Assembly (NCBI GenBank): GCA_965262605.1
Contig: CBDHFN010000001.1
Span: forward strand, 80,566-144,565
Direction: 5' to 3'
DNA: 64,000 nucleotides
From: Alphaproteobacteria bacterium
Lineage (GTDB): Bacteria; Pseudomonadota; Alphaproteobacteria; JASGCL01
Below are positions 10,407 through 19,876 of this stretch, piece by piece (within the stretch, counting starts at the first letter, position 1; each line of letters opens with the position of its first letter). The translations under genes were made by a program, and so were the position numbers. The notes below the pieces were generated by a model, which had not been told where the DNA came from, did no database searches, and saw only the letters and a list, made by a program, of their open reading frames with translations.

Positions 10407-10537
10407 AAATCCCGAATATATTCATTTAATATGCTTAGGATGCCTACTGGCTTGTCTAAAAGCCTTCAAAGATAATTATTGCTATTTATTTGCGTGTAAA
10501 CTTTATAGATTTCATTGAATGAATAAATGCTGAGAGT

Positions 10538-10552
10538 ATCTGCTTAGCAGAT
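10538..10552 (+). terminator. weak hairpin terminator after the kinase gene
   Basis: ATCTGC-tta-GCAGAT followed by TTTTATTCTT. Confidence 0.25.
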
Positions 10553-10635
10553 TTTATTCTTGGTAAATTTCCGATTACACCCTTAAATTCTTTTATAACT
10601 AATTGGGTGCGTTGTAATTTAAATTAAAAATTTTA

Positions 10636-12522
10636 TTAATCTTGGTTGGCTAAAATTGAAAGACAAACTTTTTTAACAATATCATGAAATTTTTGTGTTT
10701 TGTCGACATTATACTCATCGTAAATTTTACGATTTATTTCAAGCCCGTCTTGGTTTAAAAATTCAATCCATTCTTCAATTGTTAAATTATCTTGAATATT
10801 AAATACAGAAAAATCACGCCCAATTCCATAAAATTCAGAATCATTTATTGGTTTATAATGACAAATTCTAAAACTACTCTTGCTTATAATTGATTGACAA
10901 TAGGACAGGCTAAAATTTTGTTTTGAATTATTAATATTTTCAGAATTTGAACTTAGTTCAGTTTTTTCAAATGAATGATTAAAGATTTTGATGATTTCTT
11001 GTTTATTCTTTTCGTTTACTTCATTTAAATTTATATTTTTTATATCTTGTATATCTTTTAAGATGCTAATCATGGCTTTATTTGCGCTTCTTGCCTCTAA
11101 ACCATGAAGATAATATTTAATATGCCATGTAATTATATGCTTGATGGCAAATATTTTGTTGGTTTCATGAAATTTATCATCACCCAAAATAAATAAAAAT
11201 AAGGGCATAAAAAGTCTTGAATTAAAATTTGTAATTAATAATTTGGCAATTTGCATTTGTTCTAAGACTTCTGGAAAAAAATCAATTGAAATTTCATTTT
11301 TGTTAGGATTGACTAAATATTCATAAATTTCGGCATATTTATTTATTTTATCTAACTCTTCAATTGGATTTTTGTTGCCAAGTATTTTACTATATTCAAT
11401 ATAAGTTTGATTGGTTAAAAAATCATTTGGTTTTTTTATTTGTGATAAAACATATTGACGGAAAAATGCTTCAAAATAAGTGGGCTTAGATCTTTCGTTT
11501 GTTTGCATGCGCCAAAATGATAAGCTTAAACCATCGCCATCAAATTGCCATTTCTCATTATAAATAACATTAACATCTTTTTCATCTTTTTGTCCATGAT
11601 TCACTTGTTGTTCAATTTTAAGAAATATCAAATTACGCAATAAATCAGTTTGAGTTAAAGCCTCACGCTTATCATTAAGTGATTCAAAAATTACTTGCGG
11701 GTCGTCATTTTCTTCTAATTCAATTATAACAAATTTCAATTTATTTAACAAAATATTGTATAATTTTTTTATAAATTCAAAGTTTTCTTTTTTTTCTTTT
11801 GCTTTCTTTTCCAAATATTCATTATCGTTTTTATGTTTTAAAAATTCTATCATTTCATTATCATAATTTATTTCAATATTAAATTGCACTTGATTGCGCG
11901 AAATACCTAAATGATAATTACTATCAATTTTTTCTTTAAAAAAAGAAAATGCATTAAGTATTGGCGGCAAATCCAAATATTTATTTTTACCTATTCTTTT
12001 ACTTTTAGTTAATTCTTTTTTGATTAAATTTATTATAAAATTGCCTTTATTGTGAATGACATTAAAATAAATCATCCGTAAATTTTCTCTATCTTTTGCT
12101 GTGGGGTATAATTTAAAATATTCCTCTGGTATTGCTTCGGCTGATGTATATTTTTGAACATCGGGTAAATATTTATTAAATAAATTATCAGAATCAAAAG
12201 AATTACCATCATGTTGATTGAATTGATGATAAAATACATTGAGTAAAATTTGTATCGTTGTTAATCTTTGCTGGCCATCAATCACATCATAAATTTGTGT
12301 GCCATTAATGCTTGAATCAAATCTTTTGATAATGATAGTGCCCATGAAATGATTAATCGCGGAATTATTTCCCTCTAACTCTAAATAATATAAATTCATT
12401 AAATCATTCCAAAATGAATCTAATCGTTCATCACGCCATTGATATAATCGTTGAAATACAGGAATCTTAAATTGCTTTTTGCCATTTAATATAGTTGATA
12501 AATTTTCTGATGATACTCTCAT
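10636..12522 (-). CDS. DUF262 / ParB-like (GmrSD N-terminal-type) domain protein with an unrecognised C-terminal half
   Basis: 628 aa. The N-terminus carries the DUF262 hallmarks FKIPVFQRLYQWRDE and DGQQRLTT. I could not see a DUF1524/His-Me motif in the C-terminal ~350 aa. The start overlaps the upstream stop (TAATG at 12522). The gene is very AT-rich. Confidence 0.7.
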   Translation of the reverse strand: MRVSSENLSTILNGKKQFKIPVFQRLYQWRDERLDSFWNDLMNLYYLELEGNNSAINHFMGTIIIKRFDSSINGTQIYDVIDGQQRLTTIQILLNVFYHQFNQHDGNSFDSDNLFNKYLPDVQKYTSAEAIPEEYFKLYPTAKDRENLRMIYFNVIHNKGNFIINLIKKELTKSKRIGKNKYLDLPPILNAFSFFKEKIDSNYHLGISRNQVQFNIEINYDNEMIEFLKHKNDNEYLEKKAKEKKENFEFIKKLYNILLNKLKFVIIELEENDDPQVIFESLNDKREALTQTDLLRNLIFLKIEQQVNHGQKDEKDVNVIYNEKWQFDGDGLSLSFWRMQTNERSKPTYFEAFFRQYVLSQIKKPNDFLTNQTYIEYSKILGNKNPIEELDKINKYAEIYEYLVNPNKNEISIDFFPEVLEQMQIAKLLITNFNSRLFMPLFLFILGDDKFHETNKIFAIKHIITWHIKYYLHGLEARSANKAMISILKDIQDIKNINLNEVNEKNKQEIIKIFNHSFEKTELSSNSENINNSKQNFSLSYCQSIISKSSFRICHYKPINDSEFYGIGRDFSVFNIQDNLTIEEWIEFLNQDGLEINRKIYDEYNVDKTQKFHDIVKKVCLSILANQD

Positions 12523-13118
12523 TATGCTCTCTCAATCTTAAATGGCAAATTTAATTCGTTGATTCTTGATGGCGATGAAGCAAAAAATTTGAAATTATTC
12601 TTGAAAAAATTATTATAATTGTTTTTATTGTAAAATTCATTAAATTTCACCCATAAATTTGGTCTGATTTTTGAAGTTCCTATAATATCAAAATTTAAAA
12701 TCATGGTTATTTCTTTACAATTTACAATGTCATTATAAAAATTAAATGGTTTCGTGTTGTTGCGATAAAATAATTTTGCATAAATTAAGCTGTTAATTGT
12801 CCCAACATATTTTGGCATTATTTCATTGTGAAAATCTTTCTCGTCCCAAGCTGTTCCATCTGATTTATTTCCATATTGAGATGATTTGTTTTCAATAAGA
12901 AATAATTTATTTGATATTGCATCATAAACCATGACATCACAAATTTTAAGCGAACCAATATATTTTTTATCTGGATGTTTAAAATTAAGGCAATTTTCAT
13001 TTAACCAAAATTTACGAAACGATGAATCTGCATCATCATGAATAATGGCTTTACAATTATTTGATAACATTGTAAACTTAAAACCACCTTCAATTATTTC
13101 TTGTTTAATAAAAGTCAT
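12522..13118 (-). CDS. hypothetical protein, candidate PD-(D/E)xK-fold nuclease
   Basis: ~198 aa counted from Met at 13118; the track ORF starts at 13199 and overlaps the ATPase by 95 nt. The motif string HPDKK...LKICDVMVYD...KLFLIENKSS fits a D...(D/E)-x-K restriction-endonuclease-like core. There is no other recognisable domain. Confidence 0.4.
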   Translation of the reverse strand: MTFIKQEIIEGGFKFTMLSNNCKAIIHDDADSSFRKFWLNENCLNFKHPDKKYIGSLKICDVMVYDAISNKLFLIENKSSQYGNKSDGTAWDEKDFHNEIMPKYVGTINSLIYAKLFYRNNTKPFNFYNDIVNCKEITMILNFDIIGTSKIRPNLWVKFNEFYNKNNYNNFFKNNFKFFASSPSRINELNLPFKIERA

Positions 13119-14112
13119 ATTCTTTACTGCTTTGCCATTTAATATATCTGTCGGATTGGTCATATTCTTCGCTGAATGCTTTTGGAATTCCCATATCATT
13201 GGCTGTTTTGCCTTGTTGGATATTTACTTGATTATCGGTTAATTCAAAATTAAAAAATCTATTATCAAAGCCTTGATATTTTTTATCGCTTAATAAAATT
13301 TCCAATTCACGCAAGAAAAAAGTATTATGCGAAGTTATAAAAATTTGTTTACCTGACAAACTTAAATCACATATATATTGCACAATGATTCTTAAATTTT
13401 TATTATTTATGAATGTTTCTGGTTCATCCCAAATTATATATTCACAATTATCCAATGTCCCATTTGCTTTCAATAATGCAAATGTTGCAATTTTGCGTTC
13501 GCCATCGGAAAGCATGGCAAGGGGTATTTCAATATCATCTCTAATCAGTATAATTTCATTATTTTCATTTAAGGATATTTTTCCATTTAAAGCATCTGAT
13601 TTAAATTGAAGGATTGTTGATTGGTTTGTGCTTTTATTTAAATTTGTAACTAAATCATATCCAATACCATTATCAATTTTGTTATTAATTAAAATATCAA
13701 TAATATTTTTATTCATATAATCTAAATAATCGGTGGTTGGAATAAATAAAACATTTTTTAAATCATTGTCTACATCAATATCACTCAAAACTTCATCTGA
13801 CTCACTTTCATTTTTACTTTTTATAATGGAGATAAAATTCTGATTATCATTAATTTGGAATTTTAGGTTTAGGGTTGAATTTAAACTTGAATGGGATATT
13901 AATTGCGATTCATTTAGAATGCCAAAATTACTTCTAATTAAAGAATCCAATACGACTCCATTTGAATGCGCCTTAATGATTGTATAAATTAATTTTAAAA
14001 CTGAAGTCTTGGCAGTGCCATTCTCACCATAAATTACATTTAAATTTTTACCAAATTCAAATTTCGTTTTTTCAATTTTTAGAAAATTTTCTAAGATTAA
14101 AGATTGAAACAT
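13105..14112 (-). CDS. ABC/SMC-type (AAA_15/AAA_21-like) ATPase
   Basis: 335 aa. Walker A GENGTAKTS, signature-like LSDGERK, Walker B YIIWDEPE, H-loop ITSHN. It is the first gene of the three-gene minus-strand cassette. Confidence 0.7.
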   Translation of the reverse strand: MFQSLILENFLKIEKTKFEFGKNLNVIYGENGTAKTSVLKLIYTIIKAHSNGVVLDSLIRSNFGILNESQLISHSSLNSTLNLKFQINDNQNFISIIKSKNESESDEVLSDIDVDNDLKNVLFIPTTDYLDYMNKNIIDILINNKIDNGIGYDLVTNLNKSTNQSTILQFKSDALNGKISLNENNEIILIRDDIEIPLAMLSDGERKIATFALLKANGTLDNCEYIIWDEPETFINNKNLRIIVQYICDLSLSGKQIFITSHNTFFLRELEILLSDKKYQGFDNRFFNFELTDNQVNIQQGKTANDMGIPKAFSEEYDQSDRYIKWQSSKEYDFY

Positions 14113-14196
14113 AAATTTCCCTTAATTTTTAGTTTGTTATGGTAAGCGAAATTAGCATAAATTTATTTTGTTGTAAAGATTTTTTTTGTGGCTTAT

Positions 14197-16599
14197 TTAA
14201 TTTTTTCGCAAGTTTTCTTTGTCATATAACGCGGTTAAGTGAATTTGTGCGGGGATAATTTGGTTGGCGACAACTAACTGATAATTGCCTGATAATAAAT
14301 AATCATCATTAATGCCCGATTGATTGCGAATATAACCCATGCCGATGGATTGGTTCAGCGTATAACCATAACCCGCCGAACGACAATAACCGACAATTTC
14401 GCCATTGCGTAATATGGTTTCGCGCCCTGATAAGACTGCATCGCCGCTTGCGCTAAGGCTAACTAATTGGCGAGTTTTAGGTTGCGAAGCAATTTTTTCA
14501 ATGGCATCTTTGCCGATATAATCGCGATTTGTGCCTAAATTAATCGGCAAGCCCGCGGCGATGGGGTCATCGGTGCTGGCTATATCACCACCCCAAGCGC
14601 GATAAGCTTTTTCAAGCCGTAAGGATTCAATCGCGCGATAGCCACATATCGCAATATCATGCGCCATTAAAGCGTGAAAAATATCCGCCATATATTCAAT
14701 GGGGATATGTAATTCATAACCAAGCTCACCGACATAGCTTATTCTTAACGCCAAAAGCGATATGTTTTGAATATTTATATATTCCGCCCGTCCATAATTC
14801 GCGCTTAACGGCGCGTTGGCAAGTTTATTTAAGATATTGCGGCTTTGCGGTCCCATAAGCGATAATACGCCATAATTATGGGTAATATCGGTCAATTGCA
14901 ATTGGAATTTTTTCGTGTTTTCGGCAATCCACGCAAAATCATGGACACGAAATCCCGTGCCTGTGATGATATAAAATTCATCTTCGCTGATTTGCGTGAT
15001 GGCTAAATCACATTCAATTCCACCGCGTTGATTTAATAATTGCCGATAATTAATGCGCATATTTTGGTTGCTTATCGGCATTGCTGATAAGAAATTTAAT
15101 GCTTGAAGTGCATTTTGCCCTTTGATAATAAATTTGGCAAAGCTTGATTGGTCAAAAATGCCGACTTGATTGCGCACGGCGTGATGTTCATTGCCGACTA
15201 ATTCAAACCACGGGGCGCGGTTCATGCTGGGAATTTCATAAAAATCATGGGGTTTTTGGGTTGTATTGACATAATTTACCCGTTCCCACCCTAATTTTGA
15301 CCCAAAAACAGCTCCCTTTGATTTTAATTCATGATAAATTGGCGAAGTTAATATATCGCGCGCTGATAGATATTCGTCATTGGGGTAAGCAATCGTATAA
15401 TGTTTTGCGTAAGCTTCGCAAGTTCTTGGCACTAAATATTGCGTGCTTGATTGAATTTCATGGAATCGCCGAATATCCACCGACCATAAATCGCTGGGGC
15501 TTTCGTCATGGGCAACCCAATAGGCAAGGGCTTGCCCCGCACCGCCGCCGCTGGCGATACCAAAGGCATTAAACCCCGTGCCGACAAAATAATTTTGCCA
15601 ATTGGGAGCTTTGCCCAAAATAAAATTACCATCAGGGGTAAAAGATTCCGCGCCGTGCATCATTTTTTTCACGCCAACTTTGGCTAAATCGGGAATTGCT
15701 TGCATGGCGGCGTTTAACATTGGCTCAAAATGATTAAAATCATCATCAAAAAGATGAAATTCATGCTTGGGAATAATGCCCGTTTCATAAACTTGGGGAT
15801 TAGGTTCATACCCGCCAAACACTAAACCGCCTACTTCTTCTTTGAAATAAGTGCGCAAATCAGGGTCGCGAATTGTTGGCGTATTCGGATTTATGCCATT
15901 TATTTTTTCGGTAATGACATATTGATGCTTAATGGCGACAATGGGAATATGCACGCCCGATTTTTCGCCCAATTGTCTGGACCAAATGCCCGCGCAATTG
16001 ACGATTTTTTCGCATCGCACTTCGCCCTTAGTCGTTTTTACGCCAGTAATTCGCCGTTTTTCGCTTAAAATATCCAAAACTTCGCAATTTTCCATGATGG
16101 TAACGCCGTGCATTTTTGCGCCTTTGGCGATTGCCATGGTAATATCGCTGGGGCTGGCTTGCCCATCTGATGCTAAGAATGATGCGCCGACTAAGCCATT
16201 AATATCCAATAACGGAAATAATTTTTGGGCTTGCTTGGGGGTTAAAATATCCATGTCCAAACCAAAGCTTTTGGCGGTAGTTGCGCTGCGGTTAAATTCA
16301 ATCATTCGTTCGTGGTTGCGCGCTAATCTAAGGCAACCCGTCATGCGCCAGCCTGTGTCAAGCCCTGTTTCTTGGGTGATTGATTCATAAAATTCCACGG
16401 AATAGCGCAATAATTGCGTAATCGCCGCCGAAGAGCGCAATTGCCCAACTAAGCCCGCGGCGTGCCAAGTCGTTCCCGAAGTTAATCGCCCTTGTTCCAA
16501 TAAAAGCACGGATTTTTTGTGATTTTTTGCTAAATGATATGCCGTAGAGCAACCGATAATGCCCCCGCCAATTACAATAACATCATATTCTTGGGTCAT
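14197..16599 (-). CDS. dimethylglycine/sarcosine dehydrogenase-family protein (FAD DAO domain fused to GcvT-like aminomethyltransferase domain)
   Basis: 800 aa. The N-terminal dinucleotide fold is YDVIVIGGGIIGCSTAYHLAK. The C-terminal half has a GcvT-type folate-binding architecture. Confidence 0.8.
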   Translation of the reverse strand: MTQEYDVIVIGGGIIGCSTAYHLAKNHKKSVLLLEQGRLTSGTTWHAAGLVGQLRSSAAITQLLRYSVEFYESITQETGLDTGWRMTGCLRLARNHERMIEFNRSATTAKSFGLDMDILTPKQAQKLFPLLDINGLVGASFLASDGQASPSDITMAIAKGAKMHGVTIMENCEVLDILSEKRRITGVKTTKGEVRCEKIVNCAGIWSRQLGEKSGVHIPIVAIKHQYVITEKINGINPNTPTIRDPDLRTYFKEEVGGLVFGGYEPNPQVYETGIIPKHEFHLFDDDFNHFEPMLNAAMQAIPDLAKVGVKKMMHGAESFTPDGNFILGKAPNWQNYFVGTGFNAFGIASGGGAGQALAYWVAHDESPSDLWSVDIRRFHEIQSSTQYLVPRTCEAYAKHYTIAYPNDEYLSARDILTSPIYHELKSKGAVFGSKLGWERVNYVNTTQKPHDFYEIPSMNRAPWFELVGNEHHAVRNQVGIFDQSSFAKFIIKGQNALQALNFLSAMPISNQNMRINYRQLLNQRGGIECDLAITQISEDEFYIITGTGFRVHDFAWIAENTKKFQLQLTDITHNYGVLSLMGPQSRNILNKLANAPLSANYGRAEYINIQNISLLALRISYVGELGYELHIPIEYMADIFHALMAHDIAICGYRAIESLRLEKAYRAWGGDIASTDDPIAAGLPINLGTNRDYIGKDAIEKIASQPKTRQLVSLSASGDAVLSGRETILRNGEIVGYCRSAGYGYTLNQSIGMGYIRNQSGINDDYLLSGNYQLVVANQIIPAQIHLTALYDKENLRKN

Positions 16600-17522
16600 A
16601 ATATCTCCTTTTCATAAGTAATGGCTTCGTTTAAAACTTCGTTCGCGCGCCCGATATAATCAATTTCTGGTTTTGCGATATATTGGCTGGCAACGACAAA
16701 CCAGATGGCTTCACGCAAATAATTCATTAATTTCATGATTTTAAAATTTTGCCAAATTTCGTCATTTAAATTGCCGTCAAAATAATGATTTAATAATTCT
16801 TGTTCTTGGATTGGATTCAAGGGGGCAAAACATGCAAAGCCGGCTAAATCAAAAAATTTTGTGCCAAACCCCGCATATTCCCAATCTATAACCCATAATT
16901 TTTGCCCATCATCAATAAAATTACCCAATAAACAATCATTATGCCCAAAAATAAGATTTTTATCGGTAAATTTTAATTGGCATTTTTGGGCAATTTCTAA
17001 ACATTTTTGCAAGGGAAATTGTTTTGAATATTCAAATTGCGTGCAATATTCATAATAAAGATTAATTGCGTGCCAAACATTAAATTGATGATTTTTATTT
17101 TTTATAAAATCCCCCATATTATGATGAATTTTATATAATATATTCGCAATTTTTGATAAGTTTTCATCGCAATAACTTAAATCAATGGCGGGGGCGGGAA
17201 TATATTCCATAACTATTAAATATACGCCGTTTTCATGGTATTCATAAATAATTTTTGGGGAAAATTCGGCAATATTTGCTTGGCGGCTAATTTCAATTTC
17301 CTTAATTCTGTTTACCCCTAAAACTGGGTAATCTTGGGCGATTCTAAGGATAAATTTTTTGTCGGCGTATTCTAAAATATAATTGCGGGTGCTATAACCA
17401 GAATTAATAATTTGCGCATTTGCAAAACCAAATTTTTCAATAATATGGCTTAAAAAATATTCGTAATTTATTTCTGGCTGAATCATACTGATTATTTTTA
17501 TCAAAAATTTTAAATAATTCAA
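16596..17522 (-). CDS. choline/ethanolamine kinase-family phosphotransferase (APH fold)
   Basis: Brenner motif HNDCLLGNF and IDWEYAG. ATGA overlap with the dehydrogenase gene. The start may be the internal Met at 17486. Confidence 0.7.
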   Translation of the reverse strand: MNYLKFLIKIISMIQPEINYEYFLSHIIEKFGFANAQIINSGYSTRNYILEYADKKFILRIAQDYPVLGVNRIKEIEISRQANIAEFSPKIIYEYHENGVYLIVMEYIPAPAIDLSYCDENLSKIANILYKIHHNMGDFIKNKNHQFNVWHAINLYYEYCTQFEYSKQFPLQKCLEIAQKCQLKFTDKNLIFGHNDCLLGNFIDDGQKLWVIDWEYAGFGTKFFDLAGFACFAPLNPIQEQELLNHYFDGNLNDEIWQNFKIMKLMNYLREAIWFVVASQYIAKPEIDYIGRANEVLNEAITYEKEIL

Positions 17523-17566
17523 TAAAAAAACTTGATTTACCTAAGAAATCTTAATATGTATATATT

Positions 17567-18601
17567 ATGAATAAAATTTTTAAATATGTATTTAATTTAG
17601 CCATCTGGCTGAGTGTTGTTATTTTAAATCCGAATATATTATATGCGAAACAATTGCTTGTTTATACGGCAATGGAAGTTGAAAAACGAACAAGCTATAA
17701 AGCAGCGTTTGAAAAATTGAACCCAGACATAGAAATTAAATGGATTTACGATACAACGCCCGTCATTACGAAAAAAATTATTAACGAAAATCCTGATATA
17801 AAAGCCGACTTTATTTGGGGATTATCGTTGACTTCATTGTTGGAATTGCGAAAAGCCACGCCGCTTTTGGAATATAAACCGAAAAATTTTGAAAATCTTA
17901 ATTTTAAATTTGTGGATCAAGCTAAAATTCCTACTTGGTATGGCATGAGTGTTTTCAGTAGCGTCCTTTGCTTTAGCCCAAAATTAGCAGAAATTTATGG
18001 CATTGTTAAACCCATTTCATTGGAAGACTTAATCCACCCCAGTAATCGCGGCTTAATAACAATGCCTGCACCGAATTTATCGTCCATTGGATTTAACGCC
18101 ATCATGTCGTGGTTTAAATTATATGGCGAAACGCAAGCATGGGAATTTATGGACGAACTTGATAAAAATATTATGGTTTATACGGCGAATGCCACTAAGT
18201 CTTGTCAATCAGTCGCAATTGGCAATAATATTACGGCGATTGGCTTGGATTTTCGTGCTTTGCAGTTAATAGAATCGGGTGCTGACCTTGTAATTTTAAC
18301 GCTTGGCGAAGGAATTGGCTGGGATTTAGAGGTTGCGGCGATTCTTAAAAGCACAAAAAATCTGCCCGAAGCTCAAAAATTAGCCGATTTTGCGGTAAGC
18401 AATGATGCCAATGAACTTTATAGCCGATTTACCACGATTGCCGTGCATAATAATGTCAAAAAACGAAGCCCATTTTTGCCCAATAACTTTGATAAATCAT
18501 TGGTCAGGCAAAATTATACTTTTACAATGGCGAATAAGGAACGCATCATCGCCGAATGGTTGCGCCGTTATGGTCATAAAGTTGAAAAAATACAGAATTA
18601 A
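17567..18601 (+). CDS. orphan periplasmic solute-binding protein (family-1 SBP, Fe3+/aminoethylphosphonate/polyamine-like)
   Basis: 344 aa with a signal peptide (LAIWLSVVILNPNILYA). It has the two-lobe SBP pattern. No permease or ATPase gene is adjacent. Confidence 0.5.
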   Translation: MNKIFKYVFNLAIWLSVVILNPNILYAKQLLVYTAMEVEKRTSYKAAFEKLNPDIEIKWIYDTTPVITKKIINENPDIKADFIWGLSLTSLLELRKATPLLEYKPKNFENLNFKFVDQAKIPTWYGMSVFSSVLCFSPKLAEIYGIVKPISLEDLIHPSNRGLITMPAPNLSSIGFNAIMSWFKLYGETQAWEFMDELDKNIMVYTANATKSCQSVAIGNNITAIGLDFRALQLIESGADLVILTLGEGIGWDLEVAAILKSTKNLPEAQKLADFAVSNDANELYSRFTTIAVHNNVKKRSPFLPNNFDKSLVRQNYTFTMANKERIIAEWLRRYGHKVEKIQN

Positions 18602-18606
18602 CGCCC

Positions 18607-19872
18607 ATGATACAATTTCGTCCAAGTTTAAGTTATTATTTAGATTCCGTTGAGGATTTAATGCCATGCCCCATTGCGCGCGGGCAATTATCATGCGATG
18701 TTTTGGTTGTCGGTGGTGGTTTTGCGGGCATTTCGGCGGCTTTACAGGTTGCACAATCAGGCTTAAAAGTAATTTTATGCGAATCACAATTCGTTGGTGC
18801 AGGGGGGTCGGGGCAAAATGGCGGGCAAGCTATCATGGGTATGTATGGCTTGTGGCGCGATTATCAAGCCGAATATGGCACTGATATTGCCAATGGAGTA
18901 TGGGATATTGCCAAAGATGCCATGAATTTCTTGCATGAAAGACGGCAAAAAATTGATTGTGATTGGCAATCTGGATATGTTTATATGGCAAATAAACCCG
19001 CGCATTTGCGCGAAATGGACGATTTAATAAGCGATGCAGCGGCGCAAAATCATATTATCACGCCGATTGCGAAAAAAGATATTCATGAATATTTAGAAAC
19101 TGATGTTTATTATGGTGGCGCATTTGACGCGAATTCAGGGCATTTGCATCCCCTTAAATTATTATTAGGCTTGAAAAAACAATTATTGGCGATGGGGGGG
19201 ATAATTTACGAACAATCGCCCGCACGGATAATTGATACAGAAAACACAAAAATTCATACAGATTTTGCGCAAATTCAGGCAAAAAATATGATAATTTGTG
19301 GCGGAGCCACGCTTAATTATAATAAAATACTTTGCGATGAATTATATAAAAAAGTCATGCCCGTAGGGTCGTATATTATTACTACAGAACCTTTGGGTGA
19401 TGCAAACCCGTTTAAAAAATCGGTTGCTGTGTGTGATTTTAACTTTATTTTAGATTATTACCGACCAACGATGGATAAGCGAGTCCTATTCGGTGGCAGA
19501 TGTTCTTATACGACTTTGCAACCAGACAATCTTGAATCGTGGATGTTGCCACGATTATATAAAGTCTTGCCGCAATTAAAAAATGTCAAAATTGATTATG
19601 CTTGGGGTGGCTTAATTGATATTACCCAAAATCGGCAAATCCATATGGGTAAAATTGGCAAAAATACCCTTTTTGTGCAAGGTTTTTCAGGGCATGGCGT
19701 AGTTTTGTCAAGTTATTGCGGCAAGATTCTTGGCGATGCAATTGTGCATACCACGCATAATTTTGATATTTTATCGCAATTTAAGCATGTTGCCTTTCCC
19801 GGCGGTAAAATTCGCACGCCATTATTAGCATTGGCAATGCTGGCTTTTCGCTTACGCGATATTATGCCTTAA
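18607..19872 (+). CDS. FAD-dependent oxidoreductase (PuuB/OrdL gamma-glutamylputrescine-oxidase-like, DAO family)
   Basis: 421 aa with DVLVVGGGFAGISAALQVAQSG preceded by the typical SYY N-terminus. Confidence 0.75.
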   Translation: MIQFRPSLSYYLDSVEDLMPCPIARGQLSCDVLVVGGGFAGISAALQVAQSGLKVILCESQFVGAGGSGQNGGQAIMGMYGLWRDYQAEYGTDIANGVWDIAKDAMNFLHERRQKIDCDWQSGYVYMANKPAHLREMDDLISDAAAQNHIITPIAKKDIHEYLETDVYYGGAFDANSGHLHPLKLLLGLKKQLLAMGGIIYEQSPARIIDTENTKIHTDFAQIQAKNMIICGGATLNYNKILCDELYKKVMPVGSYIITTEPLGDANPFKKSVAVCDFNFILDYYRPTMDKRVLFGGRCSYTTLQPDNLESWMLPRLYKVLPQLKNVKIDYAWGGLIDITQNRQIHMGKIGKNTLFVQGFSGHGVVLSSYCGKILGDAIVHTTHNFDILSQFKHVAFPGGKIRTPLLALAMLAFRLRDIMP

Positions 19873-19876
19873 AAAA

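Noticed and set aside
10312-10518. 68-aa ORF overlapping the 3' end of the kinase gene
   Set aside because: It is an alternative frame of a supported gene running into the intergenic spacer. No RBS.
12522-13118. Toprim/DUF4435 (OLD- or RloB-like) reading of the ~200-aa protein, based on IIEGG and IIHDDAD
   Set aside because: The candidate Glu and DxD are only ~19 residues apart, which is too close for a Toprim fold. The D…E-x-K pattern in consecutive beta-strand-like segments fits PD-(D/E)xK better. It remains unverified.
13119-13199. Longer version of the middle gene of the three-gene cassette, overlapping the ATPase gene by 95 nt
   Set aside because: Possible but less parsimonious than the Met at 13118 (14-nt overlap) or at 13070. 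It cannot be decided from sequence alone.
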